64,000 bases of DNA, from NCBI GenBank assembly GCA_964645315.1, contig CAZYBH010000003.1, positions 5,789-69,788 of the forward strand. Direction: 5' to 3'. Below the pieces are notes generated by a model that was given only the letters and a program-made list of their open reading frames with translations, had not been told where the DNA came from and ran no database searches. The translations under genes were made by a program, and so were the position numbers. This DNA is from an uncultured Candidatus Saccharibacteria bacterium. Lineage in GTDB: Bacteria > Patescibacteriota > Minisyncoccia > Phycocordibacterales > PALSA-1337. Shown here piece after piece: positions 29,672 through 37,993 of this stretch. The stretch's first letter is position 1. Every line of letters begins with the position of its first letter.

Positions 29672-30993
29672 TTAACTCTATCGATATCTGCCCCGATCGC
29701 TCTCAACCTAGTCTCTAAACTTTCGTATCCACGATCTATAAGATGGATATTTGAAATTGTAAATTTACCTTTTGCAACAAGACAAGCAAGGACGATAGCA
29801 AAACCAGCGCGAATATCATGAGCAGTTAGCTCCACATGTTCAAAATGAGAAAGTGGTGTAGGCCCATTGATCAAGGCCTTATTGCCGTCGATAATATTTA
29901 TGCACGCACCCATTTGCACTAGATCATGAGCGTATTTGAAGCGACCTTCGAATATAGTCTCGACTACCGTACTTTCACCTTCACATTGAGTAAGATAGGT
30001 CACAAGCGGTGACTGAAGGTCTGTTGCAAAACCAGGATATTCTTTTGTGACTACATTGAATGGTCGAAAAGCATTGTTATTTTTATTTGAAATTTTGATC
30101 GAACCCTCCTCACCATCTTTACCGATAATCTCAATATCGGCACCTGATTTTTTCAACAAATCAATCACTAGAGTTAGATGATCAGGGCGACAATCGTCTA
30201 TATAAAGTTCTTCGGCCAGCAACGCTCCGAGAAACAAAAAACTACCCGCCTCAATCCTATCTGGTATTGCACGATAAGCAACGCTTGTATTCAACAACTT
30301 TCCACCATTGCCATTTATGATAATAGTATCCGTACCCAAGCCTTGAATATTGGCTCCATTTTGATTTAACCAATGACCGACATTCTCTATCTCAGGTTCT
30401 TTGGCACAATTTTTCAATATTGTCTTACCATTTCCCAAGACCGATGCCATCATAAGAGTCTCGGTACCGCCGACCATTATCTTGGCAAAAGTTATCTCAG
30501 TCCCTATTAGTCTATCTGCTTCTATATAATATATTTCATTTTCCAATCGAACTTTTGCCCCCATTTTCTTGTAACCATCGATAAAGAGATCGATCGGTCT
30601 TGCACCTATCACACAACCACCTGGTGCTGGGAATGAGACTTTGCCAAATCTCGCCAACATCGGGCCAGTCAGTACCACCGACGCTCTCATCGATCTTGCT
30701 TTGTCTGGATTGATATCGGTTTTGCCTATCGTACTTGTATCTATATATAGAGTCTTAGTCAATGGATTATTATCCTTCCATTCTATCTTTGCTCCCAAAT
30801 CCTGCAAGATTTCGTTTAGCGTATGTACATCTTCGGTATTGGGTATATTATTTAGCTCGACTTTGCCCTGAAATAAAACCGCACCCGCCATTGCTTTCAA
30901 AGCAGCGTTTTTTGCGCCATTTATATATACTCTACCCTTCAAGGTTCTTTGACCTGCCAAGCCTTTAATTACAAACTTTTCTTTTTTATTCAT
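29668..30993 (-). CDS. murA: UDP-N-acetylglucosamine 1-carboxyvinyltransferase
   Basis: GAKNAAL, MRAS, PGGCVIGARP, PDRIEAG, DIRAG, DRGYE. Confidence 0.96.
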   Translation of the reverse strand: MNKKEKFVIKGLAGQRTLKGRVYINGAKNAALKAMAGAVLFQGKVELNNIPNTEDVHTLNEILQDLGAKIEWKDNNPLTKTLYIDTSTIGKTDINPDKARSMRASVVLTGPMLARFGKVSFPAPGGCVIGARPIDLFIDGYKKMGAKVRLENEIYYIEADRLIGTEITFAKIMVGGTETLMMASVLGNGKTILKNCAKEPEIENVGHWLNQNGANIQGLGTDTIIINGNGGKLLNTSVAYRAIPDRIEAGSFLFLGALLAEELYIDDCRPDHLTLVIDLLKKSGADIEIIGKDGEEGSIKISNKNNNAFRPFNVVTKEYPGFATDLQSPLVTYLTQCEGESTVVETIFEGRFKYAHDLVQMGACINIIDGNKALINGPTPLSHFEHVELTAHDIRAGFAIVLACLVAKGKFTISNIHLIDRGYESLETRLRAIGADIDRVK

Positions 30994-31042
30994 ATATTGA
31001 AATTAGTTATTTCACCCTTTGAAAGCAAATATGTGAGCTCGT

Positions 31043-31070
31043 TTGACATACTCATTTCATCTGCTATACT
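31043..31070 (+). promoter_or_regulatory. promoter driving candidate sRNA
   Basis: TTGACA-16-TATACT with TGn extended -10. Confidence 0.65.
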
Positions 31071-31076
31071 ATGATT

Positions 31077-31140
31077 ACAAACATTGACTTCGAAATCCGA
31101 AGTCCCCGAGATTACCCCGAAAGGGGTTTTCGTTTTATTT
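31077..31140 (+). ncRNA. candidate two-hairpin small RNA
   Basis: GACTTCG-aaatc-CGAAGTC, then ACCCC-GAAA-GGGGT hairpin and U-tract. Confidence 0.5.
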
Positions 31141-31141
31141 A

Positions 31142-31187
31142 TCATGGCTCTATGATGAATATTCCATTGATCAAAATCCTTTTTCAT
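31142..31187 (-). pseudogene. remnant of a probable PemK/MazF-like toxin gene (internal deletion)
   Basis: MKKDFDQWN start, recalled as typical of CPR PemK-like proteins, joined directly to an out-of-frame ...FIIEP* end. Confidence 0.4.
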
Positions 31188-31278
31188 AAATATTAGTTCC
31201 TGCATTCTATCTATTTTCCACCTTTTTAACAATACAAAAGGCCCGCGCAGGCGGGCCCGTGAGAGGCAGAAAACCAAG

Positions 31279-31971
31279 TTAGCTGAGTACCTCAAAGATC
31301 TGATCGGAAGTGGGGTGCAAGAACTTGTGAAAAATCTGCAGGTTCATCGCTCCGCCAACGCCAGAATTCAAGAATCGCTTTTGAGGTTGACTCATCTTCC
31401 TTCGCTCCTCCACCATACCATCGTGGAAGGAGACGAAAAATTGACCCCTAAGCAACTTCTTCGCCTCAGCAATAGATTTGCCGATAGCATCATCCTCGAC
31501 ATTTTTCAGATCCGGATTCGCGTTGCGAGAGCAGGCCCGAGCAAAAGTTGCGCCAAGCTTTGCACTATCAAAATTCGAAATCCTGAAGTGTTGAAATCCT
31601 GCAACACCACTACACATACCGACAGCAAGCCCTGTGAGGAATACTCCCTGATCGAGACTGCACTCGTCCTCGGTTGATTCAAAAAGTTCACAGAGTAGTC
31701 TAGGAAAGGCAACGAACGCACAACCGAGAAGAAAACCGATCTCGTATTGAGCATCCCGACCCTGGATCGCACGAAGTCTTCCGATCTCCATAAAATAGAT
31801 CCGACGATCGATAGTGGAGTCAAACAAGAAATCTTGAATCCAGATCATCAGTGTCTCGAAAGCAATCCCATGATTCCTATCGTACCGATGACTGGCCAGA
31901 CATCCCTGGAAGACCTGGCAGATCCAAGCAAGGCAGGGCACTTCGTAACTGTTCAAATGACGTCTTTCCAT
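31279..31971 (-). CDS. hypothetical protein (GC-richer orphan)
   Basis: 230-aa ORF with AGAAAGGTGG leader, upstream promoter and downstream GC hairpin. Confidence 0.6.
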   Translation of the reverse strand: MERRHLNSYEVPCLAWICQVFQGCLASHRYDRNHGIAFETLMIWIQDFLFDSTIDRRIYFMEIGRLRAIQGRDAQYEIGFLLGCAFVAFPRLLCELFESTEDECSLDQGVFLTGLAVGMCSGVAGFQHFRISNFDSAKLGATFARACSRNANPDLKNVEDDAIGKSIAEAKKLLRGQFFVSFHDGMVEERRKMSQPQKRFLNSGVGGAMNLQIFHKFLHPTSDQIFEVLS

Positions 31972-32178
31972 ACCACCTTTCTGTCCTCTCGGACAACCCT
32001 CTCGGGTATGACCTCTCGGTCAAGGTTTTTGGGGCGATCAGAGTGACCGCTTGTCCAAAATGATAATATAGCCCAATTGACACCTTGTCAAATTGATTAA
32101 TCAATGATTTTTATATTTACATAAGGGCAAATCGAGATAAGATACTTATATCCGGATGTTGCACATCCCGATAACAAA

Positions 32179-34122
32179 ATGTTCATCATCACCGTCTTAC
32201 CTATTTCAAAATCAAAACTTGGCGAGGAACTAGTCTACTTCGCTACAACTGAAGTCAAAGTCGGAGCAATACTATCCGTACCGCTCAGGAAAAAGATGAT
32301 TCCGGCACTGGTGACAAAAGTCGATCTTGCCGAAGACAAAAAATCCCAAATCCGCAATGCCCCATTTGAAATACGCAAAATTGACAAGATCAAGGCCTTG
32401 GACTTTTTCCCAGAATATTTTATACATGGAGCAAAAACGATTTCTGATCTTTATGCCTGCTCGAGCGGTGCGATCATCGATGCACTCGTACCAAAATCGA
32501 TTATCGAAAATTCTGCCAAAATTGCAAAACCTCTTGCTTCAGAAAATTCCAATCAAAGCAAAACTAAAGCTAGGATCTTGGCAGTGCAAGGTGATGATAG
32601 CGATAGGATAAGCGCCTGGAGAAGTCTTGTTAGACAAGAATTTGCAAATAAAAGATCGATCGTTTTTTATTTGCCGACCATAGAAGAATCAAATCAGCTT
32701 TTTGAGGCTTTGAAAAAAGGTATCGAGGAATATATCTTCGTCCTCAATAGTGATATCCCCCCAAAAAAGCTCATAACTTGCTGGAACAAAATATCAGAAA
32801 TAGAACACTCTATAGTCATCATTGCGACCGGCTCATTTGCTACATTACCAAGAAAAGATATAAAGACTGTGATAATAGAAAGAGAAAATGCTCGAGGCTG
32901 GATTATGCAAAAGCGTCCATATATCGATCTACGACAGTCGATTATCGAACTTGCTACATTAAATAGTCAGACTATTTATCTTGCTGATACAATCTTGAGA
33001 ATAGAAACATTACACAATCTAGAAAATGAAAAGTTCGAATATGGCTCTCCATTCAAATGGCGATCGGTCTCATCGGCAAGCGACCTAGTCATTGATATGA
33101 AAACCGACAAAAAATCTGATGCAACGGTAGAGGAAAAAGACCAGACTCCGATTATCCAAAGAAAAAGCAAGTTCAAAGTTTTGTCTGATAAACTAGTAGA
33201 GCTAATAAAACAAAATATAGAGGAGAACACTCACATGTTCATATTTGCTTTACGCAAAGGACTTTCGCCTCTGACCGCTTGCGACGACTGTGGGACTATC
33301 GTGATGTGCGACAACTGTCAGAGCCCTGTCGTCCTTCATCAAAATCCAGAATCGGGTCGAAACTATTTTATGTGTCATCGTTGTGGCGAAAGAAGCAATG
33401 CTGATACCAATTGCAAAAAATGTGACAGCTGGAGGCTCACCCCTCTTGGTATCGGTATCGATAGAGTCCAAGAAGAGATCAAAAACTTATTTGATAAGAT
33501 AGACATATTCAAAATCGATTCTGAATCGACAAAAACCAATAAGGAAATTAAAGAAAAAATTCAAGCTTTCAAAGACAAACCGGGAAGCATATTGCTTGGC
33601 ACCGAGCTCGCCATGCAAAATTTCAATGACAAAGTCGATCATGTCGCTATAGTTTCTCTCGATTCTCTATTTAGCTTGCCTGATTTCCGAATTTTGGAAA
33701 AAATCAATTACAATCTTGTCCGCTTGCGTTATCAAGCGATAAGGACGATCTTGATCCAGACCAGAAGAGCTGATCAAAAGATTTTTGATCTTGGTCCAAA
33801 GGGCAATATCTCTGATTTCTATCGAATGACGATCGACGAAAGGCGTATACTCGATTATCCGCCATTTTCTATTTTGATCAAAATAACAATCGAGGGCAAA
33901 AAAGATCAAATTGCAAATACCATGGCTGATATCGCAAAATTCCTCGAACCACACAATGTCGACATTTTCCCCGCTTTCACCTCTACGGTCCGTGGCAAAT
34001 CAGTCATCCATGGCCTTATCAAGATCGCAAGTCATGCTTGGCCTGATCATGATCTCATATCGAAACTCCGCACTTTACCACCAGAGGTTACGATCAAAAT
34101 TAATCCTGAAAGTTTGTTGTAG
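32179..34122 (+). CDS. priA: primosomal protein N' (PriA)-like, degenerate helicase motifs
   Basis: N-terminal VPLRKK 3'-binding domain, four CxxC pairs, LGT, PDFR, YPPF; next to def and fmt. Confidence 0.85.
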   Translation: MFIITVLPISKSKLGEELVYFATTEVKVGAILSVPLRKKMIPALVTKVDLAEDKKSQIRNAPFEIRKIDKIKALDFFPEYFIHGAKTISDLYACSSGAIIDALVPKSIIENSAKIAKPLASENSNQSKTKARILAVQGDDSDRISAWRSLVRQEFANKRSIVFYLPTIEESNQLFEALKKGIEEYIFVLNSDIPPKKLITCWNKISEIEHSIVIIATGSFATLPRKDIKTVIIERENARGWIMQKRPYIDLRQSIIELATLNSQTIYLADTILRIETLHNLENEKFEYGSPFKWRSVSSASDLVIDMKTDKKSDATVEEKDQTPIIQRKSKFKVLSDKLVELIKQNIEENTHMFIFALRKGLSPLTACDDCGTIVMCDNCQSPVVLHQNPESGRNYFMCHRCGERSNADTNCKKCDSWRLTPLGIGIDRVQEEIKNLFDKIDIFKIDSESTKTNKEIKEKIQAFKDKPGSILLGTELAMQNFNDKVDHVAIVSLDSLFSLPDFRILEKINYNLVRLRYQAIRTILIQTRRADQKIFDLGPKGNISDFYRMTIDERRILDYPPFSILIKITIEGKKDQIANTMADIAKFLEPHNVDIFPAFTSTVRGKSVIHGLIKIASHAWPDHDLISKLRTLPPEVTIKINPESLL

Positions 34123-34165
34123 TTTCATTGCATAAGTCTGACATATGTTGATTACAATTTCTGCA

Positions 34166-35236
34166 CTATTCTAAAACCATTTTTAGATCTTGTTCGGTTT
34201 GATTTCTTCTTTCTAATTCATCAGGCTTTTCCTGTTTTGCCCAATCATAATTCTCAAAATAGCTAGACAGTCTGGTATGAGACCTTATTATGGACAATTT
34301 AATTATAATTTCTCCCAATTCCTCTTTTCCAATTTTCTTGTAATTATTTAGTAGAGCCTTATCCAATTCAAAACGAAAACTTTTATTTTTCCACGATCTG
34401 GCTCGCAAATTACCAAAATCAAAAATCATAGCTATAGCACGATTTGGTACTATGCCCACCCATTCCAAATCCAAGAATTCGACATCACCAGAATCGAAAA
34501 TATAAAGATTATTTGGAGCCATATCACCATGTATAAGTGTCACGATATTATTTTCTTCGGTCTCAATATAAGATCTGAAACTATCTATGATTTTAATTAA
34601 CTTTGATTTGATGTTTGTTATACCAAGCCTTTTTTCTAAAACTTTATGAAAATATTCAGATTCAGGATATCCTAGCGGTTTAACTTTTTTATTCAAAAAT
34701 TTAATGATCTCTGTCTTAAAAGATTTAAAATCGCCTTTATTCACTTTTAATTTACTATTCAAGGGTTCAGGTAAGAACGCGACATTAATTTGATGGAAAT
34801 GAAATAGTTGATCAATTGTTTTTTGGGCTTCAACGGCTGTCAAAAATTCAACACCATTATTATTTTCAATAAAACCAATTTTGTCTTTATTGAAAGGAAA
34901 TGTTTCCATAATTGCATACGGGGTGCCTTGTCTCGGGATTACATTGAAATTTATAACACCGCGCGTATTGATTATGTTATTTGATTTCAAATACAAAGCC
35001 ATCTCTATCTGTCGCTCAAAAGGAAGTAAAAGCTTTTTTGTATTATTTTCTGGTATTTTGATAAATCTTTCTACAACACGATCTCCTTCTTTTCTATTTG
35101 CTACCATAAAAAAATACCTCCTACCATTATTTATTCTAGCGTTAATAATTTCTCTTTCTTTATCGCCCACAATAAATCCTTGCTCACTTAGAACTTTCAT
35201 CACCTTCTTTTCATACCTCTGAATTTTATTATTCAT
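34166..35236 (-). CDS. APH/choline kinase-like phosphotransferase
   Basis: IHGDMAPNN and FLDLEW kinase motifs. Confidence 0.8.
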   Translation of the reverse strand: MNNKIQRYEKKVMKVLSEQGFIVGDKEREIINARINNGRRYFFMVANRKEGDRVVERFIKIPENNTKKLLLPFERQIEMALYLKSNNIINTRGVINFNVIPRQGTPYAIMETFPFNKDKIGFIENNNGVEFLTAVEAQKTIDQLFHFHQINVAFLPEPLNSKLKVNKGDFKSFKTEIIKFLNKKVKPLGYPESEYFHKVLEKRLGITNIKSKLIKIIDSFRSYIETEENNIVTLIHGDMAPNNLYIFDSGDVEFLDLEWVGIVPNRAIAMIFDFGNLRARSWKNKSFRFELDKALLNNYKKIGKEELGEIIIKLSIIRSHTRLSSYFENYDWAKQEKPDELERRNQTEQDLKMVLE

Positions 35237-35374
35237 ATTAATGATAATTATTATGCATACATTTTAGCACCTCTACTTGCATATGTCTGACATCTACTCT
35301 CTTTTTGCGAGGTTAAACCTCACAAAGCAACACATAACCTGTTCAAAACAATCCTTCTCTGTTATAGTTTGTAA

Positions 35375-35908
35375 ATGATAGACATAGTCCAGAGAGACAC
35401 CCCTATTTTGAGAGACAAAGCACAGGATGTGCCTATTTCTGATATTGGTAGCGATAAGATAAACAAAATAATAAGCGATATGATAATCGCAATGGATAGT
35501 CAGAAAGACGGTATTGCTATCGCTGCCCCACAGATCGGCATTCCCTACAGGATCTTCGTGGTCAAAAGCAAACTTCTCAAACAAGCCGACAAAAATTTCA
35601 AAGGTGGAGACGAAGACATGGTTTTCATCAATCCCAAAATTCTAAAACTTTCAAAAGAAAAAAAGGAAGTGGAAGAAGGATGCTTATCAGTCCGCTGGTT
35701 ATATGGCAAAGTCCGCCGTTCGGTAAGAGCGACTATCGAAGCCTACAATGAAAAGGGTGAGAAAGTGGAGCGAGGTGCAAGTGGTGTCTTGGCCCAGATT
35801 TTCCAACATGAAACTGATCATCTAAATGGAGTACTCTTCATCGACAAAGCAAAAGAAGTTTGGGAAATGACCGAGGATGAGATTAATGAAATAAATTCCA
35901 AATCATAA
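35375..35908 (+). CDS. def: peptide deformylase
   Basis: GIAIAAPQIG, EGCLSV, QHETDHLNG. Confidence 0.96.
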   Translation: MIDIVQRDTPILRDKAQDVPISDIGSDKINKIISDMIIAMDSQKDGIAIAAPQIGIPYRIFVVKSKLLKQADKNFKGGDEDMVFINPKILKLSKEKKEVEEGCLSVRWLYGKVRRSVRATIEAYNEKGEKVERGASGVLAQIFQHETDHLNGVLFIDKAKEVWEMTEDEINEINSKS

Positions 35909-36781
35909 ATGGATAGTGCAAAGACAAAATTTGCATATTTTGGTTCATCAAGATTGTCTGTGATCGTCCTTGACGAGCTCAATAGCTTGGGTTATGTACC
36001 AAGCGTGATCGTAACTACAATAGACAAACCGGTCGGTCGAAAGCAAATACTGACTCCAAATGAAGTAAAGGTCTGGGGCAAAAAACACAATATTCCAGTC
36101 CTCGATCCAGCAAAATTGAATGATGAATTCATAAATAATTTCAAAGAATTGTGCCAAAAAGATCAGATCGAAGTATATCTAGTAGCTTCATATAGCAAAA
36201 TTATTCCAAAGGCGCTCGTAAATTTGCCACAAAAAGGCATACTCAATATACACCCTTCTCTATTGCCCAAATATCGTGGCCCATCACCGCTCGGCTCCGC
36301 AATCCTGAATGATGATAAGGAGACTGGAGTCTGTCTTATGAAGATAGACGAGGAAATGGATCATGGCCCAATCGTCTCATGCGAAAAAGTCCATATTAGC
36401 GAGTGGTCAGTATATGAAGATTATGAAGAAATGATGGCAAAAATCGGCGCAAATTTATTTGCACAAAATATTGAAAAATATATGCGGAGCGAGATAAATC
36501 TTGTCGAACAAAATCATAGCGAAGCGAGTTATACCAAAAAATTCACAAAAAATGATGGCAAAATAGATCTCAATTCTTTACCAAGACAAAACTGGTTAAA
36601 ATATTGCGCTTTTCACCAATGGCCTCAAATTTATTTTATTTGGAAAAACAAAGATCGAGAGATAAGAGTCAAAATTACTGACGCTATTTATTCTGAAGAC
36701 AAATTTGTCATCAAAAAAGTCATACCCGAAGGGTCAAGTGAGATGGATTATGAAGATTTCCTAAGAGGATATAGGGACTAA
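35909..36781 (+). CDS. fmt: methionyl-tRNA formyltransferase
   Basis: NIHPSLLPKYRGPSP, MDHGPI. Confidence 0.93.
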   Translation: MDSAKTKFAYFGSSRLSVIVLDELNSLGYVPSVIVTTIDKPVGRKQILTPNEVKVWGKKHNIPVLDPAKLNDEFINNFKELCQKDQIEVYLVASYSKIIPKALVNLPQKGILNIHPSLLPKYRGPSPLGSAILNDDKETGVCLMKIDEEMDHGPIVSCEKVHISEWSVYEDYEEMMAKIGANLFAQNIEKYMRSEINLVEQNHSEASYTKKFTKNDGKIDLNSLPRQNWLKYCAFHQWPQIYFIWKNKDREIRVKITDAIYSEDKFVIKKVIPEGSSEMDYEDFLRGYRD

Positions 36782-36957
36782 GAAGTGGAATAAGCTGCAA
36801 TACTACTGCTATTGTTCCAATCATTGCCGATGTCATAAGCATGTGATCCTAGATAGTACAATACGATCCAAAAGCACCAGACTCCCAAGAACGCTATGCA
36901 AAGCCACTGGTTTACCGGTTGCTTCATCTCCGCCAAACTAAAAAACTTATTGTGCAT
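36778..36957 (-). CDS. small membrane protein (59 aa)
   Basis: MHNKFFSLAEMKQPVNQWLCIAFLGVWCFWIVLYYLG...; starts right after the hpf stop. Confidence 0.5.
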   Translation of the reverse strand: MHNKFFSLAEMKQPVNQWLCIAFLGVWCFWIVLYYLGSHAYDIGNDWNNSSSIAAYSTS

Positions 36958-36958
36958 T

Positions 36959-37330
36959 TTATTTATTCCAAGGCCAAAGACCTTTTATTATATTTTTAAC
37001 TTTTGCTCCACCGCGTCGGATCAGCGTCAACCTTTTGCTCTTATCTGAAGTCAACTCTGAGACAATCTGATCACGGACAAGATCTATAGCGGTATATAGA
37101 TCATCTTGCTCTGAAGAAGCGTAGAGATTTTTGCCGGCGCCGACGATATGGATCTCCGCTCGAAATATATCGCCCTTGTTGTGATGTCCAGTAGTCTTGG
37201 CTAGCTCTATATCGCAAATTGCACTGCTATCTGTCTCAAGCAATGTCTCAATCTTGGCAAGGCGCTTATTTGTATAATCGGAAATAGCTGGCGTAAGCTC
37301 TATTGATGTTGTCTTGATATTTATATTCAT
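36959..37330 (-). CDS. hpf: ribosome hibernation factor (HPF/RaiA family)
   Basis: IELTPAISDY and DLYTAID motifs. Confidence 0.88.
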   Translation of the reverse strand: MNINIKTTSIELTPAISDYTNKRLAKIETLLETDSSAICDIELAKTTGHHNKGDIFRAEIHIVGAGKNLYASSEQDDLYTAIDLVRDQIVSELTSDKSKRLTLIRRGGAKVKNIIKGLWPWNK

Positions 37331-37391
37331 AGGCTATTTGTTATTACTACATTTCAATTTTAACAATTTATTGTTGAAAGTCCAAGAAATA

Positions 37392-37619
37392 TTAGTCGAT
37401 CGCAATAAGTTTGGATGGTGAATGATGCCCGTTTATTATTCTTATTTGCTTATTTGGAAATAGGTTCTCCATTATTTCCAAAATCCTTCTATTTGCCATA
37501 TTTCGAACTGCTTTCTCTTTTATTGAAATTTCATAATGATCAACAGAAATCTGTTTGACTTCTTCCCTCTTTGCTTCAGTTTTGACTTTGAGATGGAGGT
37601 ACATAATCTTTGATTTCAT
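37392..37619 (-). CDS. DUF167 (YggU-like) protein
   Basis: KVK...AN..I..GHHSPSKLI pattern. Confidence 0.75.
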   Translation of the reverse strand: MKSKIMYLHLKVKTEAKREEVKQISVDHYEISIKEKAVRNMANRRILEIMENLFPNKQIRIINGHHSPSKLIAID

Positions 37620-37668
37620 TAAATAAATATGTTACATTTTCTCATGTTAGTTCATTAAAAGAAAATAT

Positions 37669-37993
37669 TCCGGAGTAGCTCAGCGGTAGAGCAGTCGCCT
37701 GTGGAGTTCGCAGCTTCCACAAGAAATTGTGGATGACAAACGAGGTGAATTCGGGGAAACCCCAAATGTAAATAAGGGCAATCCCGAGCCAATCCCATCT
37801 TTGTGATGGGCAGGTGTAGAGACTATCCTTTCCAGGAGTAGTGCGAAGTGAAATATCTTCAAACGAAGCGCCTCGTCCCTAAATTATCAAGTTGGAAACT
37901 CGATAACATGGGAATGATATAGTCCGTCCCTATTAGTAATAGTAGGATAAGCGTAAGCGATTGGTCACAGGTTCGAATCCTGTCTCCGGAGCC
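37669..37993 (+). tRNA. tRNA-Asn (GTT), intron-containing; exons 37669-37702 and 37954-37993
   Basis: Spliced TCCGGAGTAGCTCAGCGGTAGAGCAGTCGCCTGT|TAAGCGATTGGTCACAGGTTCGAATCCTGTCTCCGGAG forms a full cloverleaf. Confidence 0.93.
37703..37953 (+). ncRNA. group I intron within the anticodon (between positions 35 and 36)
   Basis: P AATTCGGGGAAAC, Q GCAATCCCGAGCC, R GTGTAGAGACTA, S ATGATATAGTCC; exon CUGU pairs with GCAG (U.G at splice site); terminal G. Confidence 0.92.

Noticed and set aside
30990-31295. 101-aa ORF upstream of murA as a real gene
   Set aside because: It is a read-through of a terminator, a gene stub, an antisense hairpin and a promoter.
37680-37862. 60-aa ORF inside the intron as a homing endonuclease
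   Set aside because: It is antisense, too short, and lacks LAGLIDADG, HNH or GIY-YIG motifs.
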